Under the pieces are notes generated by a model that saw only the letters and a list, made by a program, of their open reading frames with translations, did no database searches and was not told the origin of the DNA. The position numbers were made by a program, and so were the translations under genes. Below are positions 1 through 9,709 of a stretch of 64,000 nt of DNA, in pieces (position 1 is the stretch's first letter; each line of letters opens with the position of its first letter). Where the stretch lies: positions 90,501 through 154,500 of the forward strand of contig JASBVO010000012.1 in NCBI GenBank assembly GCA_029961105.1. The letters run 5' to 3'. Origin of the DNA: Micrococcus sp. Lineage in GTDB: Bacteria; Actinomycetota; Actinomycetes; Actinomycetales; Micrococcaceae.

Positions 1-554
1 TCCTCCGGGCCCGGCAGGGCGGCGTCCTCCGGAACGGAGACGGTGCCGACGGCGGTGGTGTGGGAGACGGTCCGGATGCCCAGCTGGGCAAGGAAGGAGC
101 TGGCCACCGTGCCCAGGGCCACGCGCGCCGCGGTCTCCCGGGCCGAGGCCCGCTCCAGCAGCGGGCGGGCCTCGTCGAAGCCGTACTTCTGCATGCCGGC
201 GAGGTCGGCGTGGCCGGGCCGCGGGCGGGTGAGGGCGGCGTTGCGCGCCAGGCCCTCCAGCTCCTCGGCGTCCACGGGATCGGCCGACATGACCTTCTCC
301 CACTTGGGCCACTCGGTGTTGCCGATCTCGATGGCCACGGGCGAGCCGAGCGTGGAGCCGTGGCGGACACCGCCGAGCAGGGTGACCTGGTCCTGCTCGA
401 ACTTCATCCGGGCCCCGCGGCCATAGCCGAGCCGGCGGCGCGCAAGGGCGTCCTGGACCATTGCGGTCGTCAGGGGGATGCCCGCGGGCATCCCTTCGAT
501 GATTCCAACGAGTGCGGGCCCATGTGATTCGCCCGCTGTCAACCAGCGCACCAT
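1..554 (-). CDS. aroC: chorismate synthase, N-terminal part (gene runs off the left edge)
   Basis: Manual reverse translation from ATG (complement of 552-554) gives [30 protein letters not shown]...[36 protein letters not shown], a canonical chorismate synthase N-terminus. The frame stays open to position 1. It is absent from the ORF track because it has no stop in the window. Confidence 0.9.
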   Translation of the reverse strand, partial: MVRWLTAGESHGPALVGIIEGMPAGIPLTTAMVQDALARRRLGYGRGARMKFEQDQVTLLGGVRHGSTLGSPVAIEIGNTEWPKWEKVMSADPVDAEELEGLARNAALTRPRPGHADLAGMQKYGFDEARPLLERASARETAARVALGTVASSFLAQLGIRTVSHTTAVGTVSVPEDAALPGPE

Positions 555-603
555 GGACTCGATTCTCTCACGCACCGCCGGGCACCCCGGACGGTGTGAC
601 GCG

Positions 604-1521
604 TCAGGACCGGGGCGTGGGCGCGGACCGGCGCGGGGGCAGGCCGATCGCGGCGGCCATCACCCCGGTGACGGCGGGCCAGTCGGGCTCGGCCGTCCCC
701 GTCCGGACCCGGGCGGTGAACAGGCGGACCTGCTCGACGGCCTGGTACAGCAGCATCTCCAGCCCGCTGACCACCTGGCCGCCGTGGGCGGACCACGCCG
801 AGGCCAGCGCGGAGGGCCAGGGATCGTAGGCCGCGTCCAGCAGCGGCGGCAGCCCCGGCGTGGTGGACGGGCCGGCCGCGGCCAGGGCTGCGGCCGTCGG
901 ATCGGCGGCCCGCGGCGGCAGGGTGGCGACGACGGCGCGGTACCCGGGTGCCGACGTCGGGAACTCCGCCAGCAGGCGCACCGCGGCGTCCAGGCCCCAG
1001 TCCTGTGCCAGGGCCGCCTGGCCCGCGGCCCGGCCGGGGTCGCGGACGAAGAGGTCGACCCCAGCCAGCCCCAGTTGCCCGGCCGCCGCGATGGCGGCGG
1101 CCGCGGTGCCGCCGCCGCCGAGGATGGCCATCCGGCCGCCGGCGGCGGCCCGGTCGAGGCCGGCGGCAGCGAGGGCCCGCACGATGCCGTCGACATCCGT
1201 GTTGTGTCCGGTCAGGGTGCCGTCAGCCCCCCGGACGACCGTGTTGAGCACGCCGAGCCGTTCCACGCGGGGCGAGACCCCGTCCATCAGCGCCACCATC
1301 GGTTCCTTCAGGGGCATGGTCACGGACAGGCCCAGCCAGTCGTGGCCGGACGCGCCGGTGTCCCCCATCCCCGCCACGAACCCGGCCAGTTGCTCCGGCG
1401 TCACGTCATGGGCCCGGTAGTCGATGTCCAGGCCCAGGGCGCCATAGGCGGCCGCGTGCAGGGCCGGGGACCTCGAGTGCGCGATCGGATGACCGAGCAC
1501 GCCCGCCCGCAGTTCAGCCAC
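604..1521 (-). CDS. aroE: shikimate dehydrogenase
   Basis: 305-aa ORF beginning [37 protein letters not shown], the AroE substrate-binding signature, plus a GGGGTAAA Rossmann motif. GTG start overlaps the mltG stop by 8 nt. Conserved aroE-aroC context. Confidence 0.85.
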   Translation of the reverse strand: MAELRAGVLGHPIAHSRSPALHAAAYGALGLDIDYRAHDVTPEQLAGFVAGMGDTGASGHDWLGLSVTMPLKEPMVALMDGVSPRVERLGVLNTVVRGADGTLTGHNTDVDGIVRALAAAGLDRAAAGGRMAILGGGGTAAAAIAAAGQLGLAGVDLFVRDPGRAAGQAALAQDWGLDAAVRLLAEFPTSAPGYRAVVATLPPRAADPTAAALAAAGPSTTPGLPPLLDAAYDPWPSALASAWSAHGGQVVSGLEMLLYQAVEQVRLFTARVRTGTAEPDWPAVTGVMAAAIGLPPRRSAPTPRS

Positions 1522-2890
1522 CGCAGATGTCCCGGTTCTCGCGGCAGTAGTCGCGGTACTCCTGCTGGTACTCCTGGTGGGTGGCGTAGTCCTTGGCGAA
1601 CTTCGTCTCGCCGGTCTCGATGTTCGTGGTCACCCAGTAGTAGTAGTCGTTCCGCTCCGGGTCCGCCGCAGCGTCGAGGGCCTGCGTGGACGGGGCGCCG
1701 ATGGGTCCCGGAGGCAGGCCCCGGTGGACGTAGGTGTTGTACTCGTTCGAGGCGTCCTGCTTCTGCTCCTGGGTGAACTGGAGCTGGCGCTGGCCCAGTC
1801 CGTAGATCACGGTGGCGTCGATCTGCAGCTTCCCGTCCGTCTCCGGGTTGTCCGGGTGCAGGCGGTTCTCGATGATGCCCGCGACCGTGGCGTAGTCCTG
1901 CGGCAGCGCCTCCGCCTCCAGGATCGAGGCGATGGTGACCGTGCGGAACTGCTCGGCCTCGTCGGTGACGCCCCGTTCCTCGAGCGCCTCGAAGGTCGGC
2001 TCGGTCATCAGGGTGAGGATCTCGGCGGGTTCGGACTCGATGTCGAAACGGTACTCCCCCGGCGCCAGGTAGCCCTCGAGGCTGGGCGCCTCGTCGGGCA
2101 GGCCGAAGTCCGTGGGGTCCTCCGCCGCGGCCTCGAGGTCCTCCACCGGGATGCCGGTGGAGGCGGCGATGGCCTCGAAGGCCTCGTTCAGCCGCATGCC
2201 CCGGTTGATGGCCACGTAGTGCACCTGGCCCACACCCTCACGCTGCAGGATGGCGGCGGCGTCGGAGGCCTTCATCTGCGACCTCATCGAGTACTCGCCG
2301 GGCTGGATGGTGTTCTCCGAGCGGGACTGGTTGACCGCCTCGATGAACGCCTCCCGGCTGGCCACGATGTCCTGGTCCTCCAGCCGGCTGCCGATGGCCA
2401 GGGCACCCTCGCCCTGGTTCACGGTGAAGAGCACCTCCTCCCCGCCGGGCCCGGGATAGTCCTGGGCTGCGGGTTGGGGAAGCAGTCCCCTCAGGCCGAA
2501 GGACAGGCCGACGACCAGCAGCACGAACACGCCGAAGGCCGAGACCAGGGCGATGTTCCGCCGCCGGCGGCGCTTGCGCCGGGCCTCCCTCTTGGCCTGC
2601 TGGGCGGCATCCTTGGCCCGGTCGGGATTGATGGTGACCGTCTGGTAGCCCTGCCGGCTCGATGGCCGGACGATGACCGGGGTCGCCGCCGGGCTCACGC
2701 TCGGGCCGCCGAGCGGCAGCGGCGGGTACTCGCGGCGGTCCTCGTCCAGGATCTCGCCCTCGGTTGCGGCTCCGCCGTCCTGGGCGGCCTCGGCGTCGTG
2801 GTTGGCCTCAGCCCGCCGGCGCAGCTCGCGGCGGGTCAGGGGCGGCTGCGGCGCGTCGCCCTGCGGGTCCTCAGGAGTCAGATCGGCCAC
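1514..2890 (-). CDS. mltG: endolytic murein transglycosylase MltG (YceG family)
   Basis: 458-aa ORF with a disordered basic N-terminus, one TM helix (IALVSAFGVFVLLVVGLSF) and a YceG-like C-terminus (LQIDATVIYGLG, NTYVHRGLPPGPIGAPS, YYYWV). Conserved position after ruvX. Confidence 0.85.
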   Translation of the reverse strand: MADLTPEDPQGDAPQPPLTRRELRRRAEANHDAEAAQDGGAATEGEILDEDRREYPPLPLGGPSVSPAATPVIVRPSSRQGYQTVTINPDRAKDAAQQAKREARRKRRRRRNIALVSAFGVFVLLVVGLSFGLRGLLPQPAAQDYPGPGGEEVLFTVNQGEGALAIGSRLEDQDIVASREAFIEAVNQSRSENTIQPGEYSMRSQMKASDAAAILQREGVGQVHYVAINRGMRLNEAFEAIAASTGIPVEDLEAAAEDPTDFGLPDEAPSLEGYLAPGEYRFDIESEPAEILTLMTEPTFEALEERGVTDEAEQFRTVTIASILEAEALPQDYATVAGIIENRLHPDNPETDGKLQIDATVIYGLGQRQLQFTQEQKQDASNEYNTYVHRGLPPGPIGAPSTQALDAAADPERNDYYYWVTTNIETGETKFAKDYATHQEYQQEYRDYCRENRDICGG

Positions 2891-3428
2891 GAGTGACGTC
2901 CTCTCCTTCGCTCGACTCGCCGGCAGGCACGGTGACGGGACGCCCGGCGTCCTGCTGGAGTGATTGTTGCATATTCAACGCTTGCTCAAGGATCTGCACC
3001 GCCGCGACCTGGTCGACGACCTCGCGGTGCTGCCGGCTGCTCCGGCCGGCCTCGTGCAGCTGCCGGTGGGCCGTCACGGTGCTCAACCGTTCGTCGACCA
3101 GGCGCACACCGGCACGGCTGCCGGCCCGCTCCAGTTCCGCCGCCAGGTCGGTGGCGTATTGCACGGCATCCTCCGTCGAGGGCGTCGGGCGGCCCTGCAG
3201 GTTGACCGGATGGCCGACGTAGACCGTGACGGCATCGCGTTCCAGGGCCTCCCGGACGATCACCCGCCGGTCGGACCCCTTCTTCTCGTCCCGCCTCAGG
3301 GTCTTCACCGGCGTGGCCAGGATGCCGTCCGGGTCGGAGGCGGCCAGCCCGACGCGCGCGCGGCCGACGTCGATCCCGAGGCGGACGCCGCGCTGCAGGG
3401 CCGGCGGTGGCAGCGGTGCCTTACTCAC
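2871..3428 (-). CDS. ruvX: Holliday junction resolvase-like pre-16S rRNA nuclease RuvX/YqgF
   Basis: 185-aa ORF with RLGIDVGRARVGLAASDP, the RNase H-fold YqgF N-terminal motif. GTG start forms a GTGA overlap with the alaS stop. Confidence 0.85.
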   Translation of the reverse strand: MSKAPLPPPALQRGVRLGIDVGRARVGLAASDPDGILATPVKTLRRDEKKGSDRRVIVREALERDAVTVYVGHPVNLQGRPTPSTEDAVQYATDLAAELERAGSRAGVRLVDERLSTVTAHRQLHEAGRSSRQHREVVDQVAAVQILEQALNMQQSLQQDAGRPVTVPAGESSEGEDVTRGRSDS

Positions 3429-6160
3429 GCGCCCGCGGCTCCCGTGGCCGGGACGGTGGAGACGATGGACTGCCGCACGGCCTGAAGCGCCTCGGCGATC
3501 CTGGTGGTGTCCTGGCCGCCGCCCTGGGCGACATCGTCCTTGCCGCCACCGCCGCCGCCGAGCACGGAGCAGGCGGTCTTCACGAGGGCCCCGGCCTTCA
3601 GCCCGGACTGGCGAGCCGCCTGGCTGGTGGCCACCACCACGAGCGGACGGCCCTTGGCCACGCCGGCCAGCGCCACGACGACGGGGGTGCCGGCGGCGTT
3701 GCCGCTCGCGTTCTCCAGGCGGGACCGCAGGTCCAGCGCCAGCGTCCGCAGCTCATCGCCCGCGCCGACCTGGCCGGCGTCGTGGGCCAGCACCTTCACG
3801 CCCGAGACCTCGACGGCCTTCTCCGCCAGGCGACCGGCCTCGGCCGCCAGCTGCGCGGACCGCAGCGCGGCCAGCTCCTTCTCGATCTCCTTGAGCCGGC
3901 TCAGCGTGCCGGCCACGCGGTCCCGTACCTGCTCGGCGGGCACCTTGAGCATGCTGGTCAGCTCGTTGACCAGGGTCCGCTCCGTGGCCAGGTGGCGGAA
4001 GGCGTCCAGCCCGACGAGGGCCTCCACGCGGCGGTTGCCCGAGCCGACGGACTGCTCCCCGAGCAGCGCCAGCGAGCCGATCTCCGCGGTGGCGCCGACG
4101 TGCGTGCCGCCGCAGAGTTCCCGCGACCAGGCGCCGTTGACCTCGACCACGCGCACGCGGTCCCCGTACTTCTCCCCGAACAGGCTCATGGCCCCGAGTT
4201 CACGGGCCTCGGACAGGGACATCTCCTGCGTGAGCACCGGGTAGTTGTCCCGGATGGCGACGTTGGAGACGTCCTCGACCTCGGTGCGGGCCATCTCGGA
4301 CAGCCCCTCGCCCCAGCGGAAGTCGAACCGGAGGTAGCCCTCCTTGTTGAAGGACCCGGACTGGGTGGCCTCGGGCCCGAGGACCTGGTGCAGCGCGGCG
4401 TGCACGATGTGCGTGCCGGTGTGCGCCTTCTGCGCGTCCAGCCGGCGCTGCAGGTCGATGGCCCCGACGGCGGTGGCCCCGGCGGGCACCTCGCCCTGGC
4501 GCACCCTGACCCGGTGCACGCTCAGTCCCTTGACCGGTGCCTGGACGTCGAGGACCTCCAGGACGAATCCGTCGCCGGTGATCAGTCCGGTGTCCGCGGC
4601 CTGGCCGCCGGACTCGGCGTAGAACGGGGTGGCGTCCAGGACCAGCTCGAGCTCCTGGCCGGACGTGGCGGAGGTGACCTGCTGGCCGTCGGCGAGCAGT
4701 CCGCGGATACGGGACTCGGTGGTGTGCTCCGTGTAGCCGGTGAAGACGGTGTCCCCCTCGGCGGCCAGCTCGCGGTAGGCGGAGGAGTCCACGTGGCCGG
4801 ACTTCTTGGACTTGGCGTCCTGGCGGGCACGGTTCCGCTGCTCCGCCATGAGGTTCCGGAAGCCGGCCTCGTCCACGCTGACCCCGGCCTCGGCGGCCAT
4901 CTCCAGGGTCAGGTCGATCGGGAAGCCGTAGGTGTCGTGGAGTTCGAAGGCGTCCGCGCCGGAGATGCCCGGCCGCTCGGGGTCCTGGGCCCGGGCCGCG
5001 GCCACGGCCCCGTCCATGCGCGCGGTGCCCGCGGTGATGGTTCGCAGGAAGGCCTTCTCCTCGTTGTAGGCGATCCGCGAGATGCGCTCGAAGCTGCGGC
5101 CGATCTCGGGGTAGGTGCCCACCATGGCGTCCCGGGAGACGGGCAGCAGCTCGGGCAGCACCGGGTCGGTGACGCCCATCAGCCGCATGGCGCGCACGGC
5201 GCGTCGGATGAGCCGGCGCAGCACGTAGCCGCCGGCCTCGTTGCCGGGGACCACGCCGTCGGTGATGAGCATCAGCGCGGAGCGGACGTGGTCGGCGATC
5301 ATCCGCAGCCGGACGTCATCGGCGTAGTGCGGGTCCCTGGGGTCCTCGGTGGAGGTGTACTCGCGCCCGGCCAGCTCGGCGGCCCGGTCCAGGACGGGAC
5401 GGACCTGGTCCGTCTCGTACATGTTCTCCACGCCCTGCAGGATCATCGCCAGTCGCTCCAGGCCCAGCCCGGTGTCGATGTTCCGGTTCGCCAGCTCCCC
5501 GGCGACGTCGAAGTCCTCCTTGGTGCGCACCTCGGAGAGCTGGTACTGCATGAAGACCAGGTTCCAGATCTCCATGTAGCGGTTGTCGTCCGCCGCGGGA
5601 CCGCCCTCGGAGCCGTACTCGGGGCCGCGGTCGTAGAAGATCTCCGAGCAGGGACCGCCGGGGCCCGGCTGCCCGGTGTTCCAGTAGTTGTCGGCCTTGC
5701 CCATGCGCTGGATGCGCTCCGCGGGCACTCCGACCTCCTCACGCCAGATCCGTGCCGCCTCGTCGTCCTCCTCGTAGACGGTGATCCAGAGGCGCTCGGG
5801 GTCGAGTCCGTAACCGCCCTGCTCGAGGGGGCTGGTCAGCAGCTCCCAGGCGAAGGGGATCGCCTTGTCCTTGAAGTAGTCGCCGAAGGAGAAGTTGCCG
5901 CACATCTGGAAGAAGGTCCCGTGCCGGACCGTCTTGCCGACCTCCTCGATGTCGGCGGTCCGGATGCACTTCTGCACGGTGGTCGCACGACGGTACGGAG
6001 GGGTCTCCTGGCCGAGGAAGTAGGGAATGAAGGGGACCATGCCCGCGATGGTGAACAGCAGCGAGGGGTCCGGGGACACCAGGGAGGCCGACGGGACGAC
6101 GGTGTGGTCCTTCTTCTCGAAGAACTCCAGCCAGCGGCTGGCGATTTCCTGGGACTTCAT
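3425..6160 (-). CDS. alaS: alanine--tRNA ligase
   Basis: 911-aa ORF starting MKSQEIASRWLEFFEKKDHTVVPSASLV, with FTIAGMVPF and the editing-domain motif HTGTH...CGGTH. Unmistakable AlaRS. Confidence 0.97.
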   Translation of the reverse strand: MKSQEIASRWLEFFEKKDHTVVPSASLVSPDPSLLFTIAGMVPFIPYFLGQETPPYRRATTVQKCIRTADIEEVGKTVRHGTFFQMCGNFSFGDYFKDKAIPFAWELLTSPLEQGGYGLDPERLWITVYEEDDEAARIWREEVGVPAERIQRMGKADNYWNTGQPGPGGPCSEIFYDRGPEYGSEGGPAADDNRYMEIWNLVFMQYQLSEVRTKEDFDVAGELANRNIDTGLGLERLAMILQGVENMYETDQVRPVLDRAAELAGREYTSTEDPRDPHYADDVRLRMIADHVRSALMLITDGVVPGNEAGGYVLRRLIRRAVRAMRLMGVTDPVLPELLPVSRDAMVGTYPEIGRSFERISRIAYNEEKAFLRTITAGTARMDGAVAAARAQDPERPGISGADAFELHDTYGFPIDLTLEMAAEAGVSVDEAGFRNLMAEQRNRARQDAKSKKSGHVDSSAYRELAAEGDTVFTGYTEHTTESRIRGLLADGQQVTSATSGQELELVLDATPFYAESGGQAADTGLITGDGFVLEVLDVQAPVKGLSVHRVRVRQGEVPAGATAVGAIDLQRRLDAQKAHTGTHIVHAALHQVLGPEATQSGSFNKEGYLRFDFRWGEGLSEMARTEVEDVSNVAIRDNYPVLTQEMSLSEARELGAMSLFGEKYGDRVRVVEVNGAWSRELCGGTHVGATAEIGSLALLGEQSVGSGNRRVEALVGLDAFRHLATERTLVNELTSMLKVPAEQVRDRVAGTLSRLKEIEKELAALRSAQLAAEAGRLAEKAVEVSGVKVLAHDAGQVGAGDELRTLALDLRSRLENASGNAAGTPVVVALAGVAKGRPLVVVATSQAARQSGLKAGALVKTACSVLGGGGGGKDDVAQGGGQDTTRIAEALQAVRQSIVSTVPATGAAGA

Positions 6161-6543
6161 GACTGCTTCCGTGAGTCGGGTCGGGTGGACTGTCCGGCGG
6201 TGCCGGTGGTGGTGCCGGTGGTCGCCGTGCCCCGGATGGTCTCCCGGCCGGCGACGGGGGCGTCCTGCGCCCCGGTGCGCTGCGCGGGACCGGCCAGCGT
6301 GGAGGACAGCGTCTTCCAGGCCGGCACCTCCTCGCGCAACTGGTAGGCGAAGGAGCGGGCGCTAGCGGCCAGTGCCGTGGCGGCCGCCTGGCCGGCGTTG
6401 CGGCCGATGTTCTCCGGGTTCAGCGTGGTGCGCAGCGTCTCCTCGGCCTTGAGGGCGGCCGCATCGCGGCCCTTGCTGTACGCGGTGTGGCCGAGCCATC
6501 CGGCCGCTGCGCCGACGCCCAGCAGCAGTACGCGCTTGATCAC
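6157..6543 (-). CDS. hypothetical membrane-anchored protein (function unknown)
   Basis: 128-aa ORF with a GTG start preceded by GGAAAGGA 6 nt upstream. N-terminal TM helix (VLLLGVGAAAGWLGH), then an Ala-rich helical part and a Thr/Gly-rich tail. Its stop overlaps the alaS ATG (ATGA). Confidence 0.55.
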   Translation of the reverse strand: MIKRVLLLGVGAAAGWLGHTAYSKGRDAAALKAEETLRTTLNPENIGRNAGQAAATALAASARSFAYQLREEVPAWKTLSSTLAGPAQRTGAQDAPVAGRETIRGTATTGTTTGTAGQSTRPDSRKQS

Positions 6544-6623
6544 GACAGGTCCTTTCCGGGGGGTGACTGGTCCACCTTACCGGTGACGGCACCCCGACGC
6601 GGAAACCGTGCCCCCAACGCACA

Positions 6624-6656
6624 GGACCCGGCCTCCCCTGAGGGGAGGCCGGGTCC
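6624..6656 (-). terminator. stem-loop terminator candidate downstream of rpsD
   Basis: Perfect 15-bp inverted repeat GGACCCGGCCTCCCC / GGGGAGGCCGGGTCC with a 3-nt loop, 15 nt after the rpsD stop. Only a weak T-tract follows. Confidence 0.6.
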
Positions 6657-6670
6657 ATGAGCGGTGCGGA

Positions 6671-7297
6671 TCAGCGCGCGTAGTACTCGACCACGAGGTT
6701 CTCCTCGCAGGTCACGGGGACCTCGGAGCGCTTCGGACGGCGGACCAGCTTGGCCTGCAGCTTGTCGATCTCCACGTCCAGGTAGCCCGGGACGGCCGGG
6801 AGGACCTCCTGGTGGGCGCCGGTGGCGGAGATCTGGAAGGGGACCATCTTCTCGGAGCGGGAGTGCACGTGGATCAGCTGGCCCTCCTTCACGCGGAAGG
6901 ACGGACGGTCGACGCGGGCGCCGTTCACCATGATGTGACGGTGCACGACCATCTGGCGGGCCTGGGCGATGGTGCGGGCGAAGCCGGCACGCAGCACCAG
7001 GGCATCCAGCCGCATCTCGAGCAGCTCGACCAGGTTCTCACCGGTCAGGCCCTCGGTGCGCTTGGCCTCTTCGAAGTAACGGCGCATCTGCGCCTCGCGG
7101 ATGTTGTACTGAGCACGCAGGCGCTGCTTTTCCTTCAGGCGGACCGAGTAGTCGGAGTCGGCCTTGCGACGGGCACGGCCGTGCTGGCCGGGGCCGTACG
7201 GACGGCGCTCCATGTACTTCTCGGCCTTGGGGGTCAGGGCGATGCCGAGTGCGCGCGAGTGGCGCACGGTGCGGCGCGAACGGAGGTTGGAAGCCAC
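6671..7297 (-). CDS. rpsD: 30S ribosomal protein S4
   Basis: 208-aa ORF: MASNLRSRRTVRHSRALGIALTPKAEKYMERRPYGPGQHG...SDYSVRLKEKQRLRAQY, a canonical S4. GTG start with GAAAGG 6 nt upstream. Confidence 0.97.
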   Translation of the reverse strand: MASNLRSRRTVRHSRALGIALTPKAEKYMERRPYGPGQHGRARRKADSDYSVRLKEKQRLRAQYNIREAQMRRYFEEAKRTEGLTGENLVELLEMRLDALVLRAGFARTIAQARQMVVHRHIMVNGARVDRPSFRVKEGQLIHVHSRSEKMVPFQISATGAHQEVLPAVPGYLDVEIDKLQAKLVRRPKRSEVPVTCEENLVVEYYAR

Positions 7298-7570
7298 GAG
7301 GGACCTTTCTTGTCAGGCGGCACGGTTCTGGTGTGATCTCCGGTCCTGGCACGAGGTGGGGACTCCCACGGTGTGACAAGTACGGACCGGAACCTGGCCT
7401 CCGCACGTCCTGCGGAGAGCTGAGGGGCATGCCGCTGCCCGTCATCGCTGCAGCGCCGCACATCGGTGGACCGCAACTGCGGTCCGGCCGGGACGGGACC
7501 TGCGGCAACGACGGTCCGCGAGGACCGGTTCACCACGGGGGAATGCTGGCGGCGCTTGCCAGACAGCGGA

Positions 7571-7578
7571 CCAGTCTA
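7571..7578 (-). promoter_or_regulatory. candidate -10 element TAGACTGG for rpsD
   Basis: The minus strand reads TAGACTGG (fits the actinobacterial TANNNT -10) about 275 nt upstream of the rpsD start. The identical octamer recurs upstream of relA and yajC. Confidence 0.3.
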
Positions 7579-7601
7579 CCAGTTGCCGGGGGCGGCCGGT
7601 C

Positions 7602-8108
7602 TCAGCCCTGGGCGTCCGGCATCGGCTGGCCGCCGGCCACCCGCGCCGCCTGGGCCACGTGCGTGGCCTCCACCAGCACGTCGTAGGACTCGGCCTCCAT
7701 CACCTGGACGGACGAGAAGTCGCGCTTGCCGCGGGTGGCGGCGTGGCCGATGGCGCCGAAGATCGCCCCCCAGACGGCGCCGAAGCCCAGCGCCAGCAGG
7801 ATCATGAGCAGCCCGGACGCCGGGGCGAGGATCCAGAACAGGATGCCGATCATCAGGCCGAACCACAGGCCGGCGAGGGCACCCTGGCCCGCGGCCCTGC
7901 CCGTGGTCAGCCGGCCCGTGATCTGCTCGACCGACCGCAGGCCGGTGCCCACGATCCGCGTCTTCTCCACCGGGAATCCACCGTCCGAGAGCCGATCCAC
8001 GAGTTCCTGGGCCTGATCGTAGGTGGTCACGGTCTTGAGGATGCGGTAGTCCACCTCGGTGGTGTTGGGCACCAGCCGGGAAGCGGGATTGTTGGCGGGG
8101 GTGGTCAC
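7602..8108 (-). CDS. membrane protein with YflT/general-stress-17M-like N-terminal domain (tentative)
   Basis: I take only the C-terminal 168 aa of the 293-aa ORF as real. GTG at 8108 is preceded by GGAGG with a 7-nt spacer. The protein has a soluble start (YDQAQELVDRLSDGGFPVEKTRIVG) followed by Gly-rich TM helices. The ORF part upstream of this start looks like non-coding translation. Confidence 0.6.
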   Translation of the reverse strand: MTTPANNPASRLVPNTTEVDYRILKTVTTYDQAQELVDRLSDGGFPVEKTRIVGTGLRSVEQITGRLTTGRAAGQGALAGLWFGLMIGILFWILAPASGLLMILLALGFGAVWGAIFGAIGHAATRGKRDFSSVQVMEAESYDVLVEATHVAQAARVAGGQPMPDAQG

Positions 8109-8235
8109 GGTACGGCCTCCAGGTTCCCCGGGTCCCCTCACGACTGCACAGGACCCGGACGTTGCGGGTAGGGACGATCCCATCCTAGGTCTCACCACCC
8201 GTCCCGGCCGGGGTGCTTTCGCTACGGGCTTGGCC

Positions 8236-9678
8236 TCAGTCCCCGGTGCCCTGCTCGTCGGGGTCCCGGGCGGGAGCCGGGGTGCCGCGGATGATGGACC
8301 GCAGGTTCTGCACGCGCTCGCCCAGGTTCCGTTCCACCCCGTTGCGGGTGGGCCGGTAGTAGTCCTTCCCCTGCAGTGGGTCGGGGGCGTACTGCTGGCG
8401 TGCCACGCCGTGCGGCGCATCATGGGAGTAGACGTAGCCCTTGCCATGGCCCAGTCCTGCCGCACCCGGGTAGTGGGCGTCACGCAGGTGTGGAGGGACC
8501 TCCCCCGAGCGACCGGCGCGGACGTCGGCGACGGCCTCGTTGATGGCGGTGTAGGACGCGTTCGACTTCGGTGCGGTGGCCAGGTGCACGACCGCCTCGG
8601 CGAGCACCAGCCGGCCCTCGGGCATGCCGATCAGCTGGACGGCCTGGGCCGCGGCGACCGCGGTCTGCAGGGCGGTGGGGTCGGCCATGCCCACGTCCTC
8701 CGAGGCGGAGATGATCAGCCGGCGGGCGATGAACCGGGGGTCCTCCCCCGCCTCGAGCATACGGGCCAGGTAGTGCAGGGCGGCGTCCACGTCCGAGCCG
8801 CGGATGGACTTGATGAAGGCGCTGATGACGTCGTAGTGCTGGTCCCCGGCCTTGTCGTAGCGCAGCACCGCCCGGTCCATGGCCTGGGCGGCGTCCTCCA
8901 CGGTGATCGTGGGCGTGCCCTCCTGCTCCCTGCGGTCCAGGGCGACCCCGGCGCTGGCCTCCAGGGTGGTCAGTCCCCGCCGGGCATCGCCCTGGGCCAT
9001 CCGCACCAGGTACTCGCGCGCCTCCTCGGCCAGCGTCACCGTGCCGTTCAGGCCGCGCTCATCCGTCACGGCGCGGTCCAGCAGCGCCCCGATGTCGGCG
9101 TCCGTCAGGGGCTTCAGGGTCAGCAGCAGGGACCGGGACAGCAGCGGCGCCACGACCGAGAAGGAGGGGTTCTCCGTGGTGGCGGCCACCAGGACCACCC
9201 AGCGGTTCTCCACGCCCGGCAGCAGCGCATCCTGCTGGGCCTTGTTGAAGCGGTGGATCTCATCCAGGAACAGCACGGTGGTGCGGCCGTAGAGGTCACG
9301 GTCGTCCAGGGCACGGTCCATGACCGCGCGGACGTCCTTGACGCCGGAGTTGATGGCGGACAGCTCCACGAAGGTGCGTCCGGGGCCGCGGGCGATGACG
9401 TGCGCCAGCGTGGTCTTGCCGGTCCCGGGGGGCCCGTACAGGATCAACGACGACGGCCCGGCCCCCGAGCCACGGCCGGTCCCGGCGCCCTCGGCCAGCT
9501 TGCGCAACGGCGATCCGGTGTGGAGCAGGTGCTGCTGGCCGACCACCTCGTCCACGGTCCTGGGCCGCATCCGCACCGCCAGCGGGGCACCCGGGCGGGC
9601 CCGTCCGCCGTCGGAGGCGCCGGCGTCGGGCTCCTCCGGGTCCGCGGAGCCGCCGAGGGCGCTGAACAGATCACTCAC
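8236..9678 (-). CDS. rarA: replication-associated recombination protein A (AAA ATPase RarA/MgsA)
   Basis: 480-aa ORF with Walker [10 protein letters not shown], Walker [12 protein letters not shown], and the MgsA C-terminal helical domain ([40 protein letters not shown]). Confidence 0.9.
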   Translation of the reverse strand: MSDLFSALGGSADPEEPDAGASDGGRARPGAPLAVRMRPRTVDEVVGQQHLLHTGSPLRKLAEGAGTGRGSGAGPSSLILYGPPGTGKTTLAHVIARGPGRTFVELSAINSGVKDVRAVMDRALDDRDLYGRTTVLFLDEIHRFNKAQQDALLPGVENRWVVLVAATTENPSFSVVAPLLSRSLLLTLKPLTDADIGALLDRAVTDERGLNGTVTLAEEAREYLVRMAQGDARRGLTTLEASAGVALDRREQEGTPTITVEDAAQAMDRAVLRYDKAGDQHYDVISAFIKSIRGSDVDAALHYLARMLEAGEDPRFIARRLIISASEDVGMADPTALQTAVAAAQAVQLIGMPEGRLVLAEAVVHLATAPKSNASYTAINEAVADVRAGRSGEVPPHLRDAHYPGAAGLGHGKGYVYSHDAPHGVARQQYAPDPLQGKDYYRPTRNGVERNLGERVQNLRSIIRGTPAPARDPDEQGTGD

Positions 9679-9709
9679 TGCTCCAGCCTAGATGAGTCAC
9701 CATGGAGGC

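Noticed and set aside
3407-6346. 979-aa plus-strand ORF antisense to alaS. Similar giant antisense ORFs occur at 10648-12831, 14751-17042, 17061-20381, 34526-37564, 40803-44030, 57438-59345 and 59300-61582.
   Set aside because: Each lies opposite a gene with unmistakable conserved motifs. The translations are Arg/Gly/Pro/Ala-rich low-complexity strings with no recognisable domains. Long stop-free antisense frames are expected at this GC content.
8109-8483. N-terminal 125 codons of the 293-aa ORF 7602-8483
   Set aside because: Pro/Arg/Thr-rich translation without coding-like character. A GGAGG-N7-GTG start at 8108 fits the conserved soluble domain.
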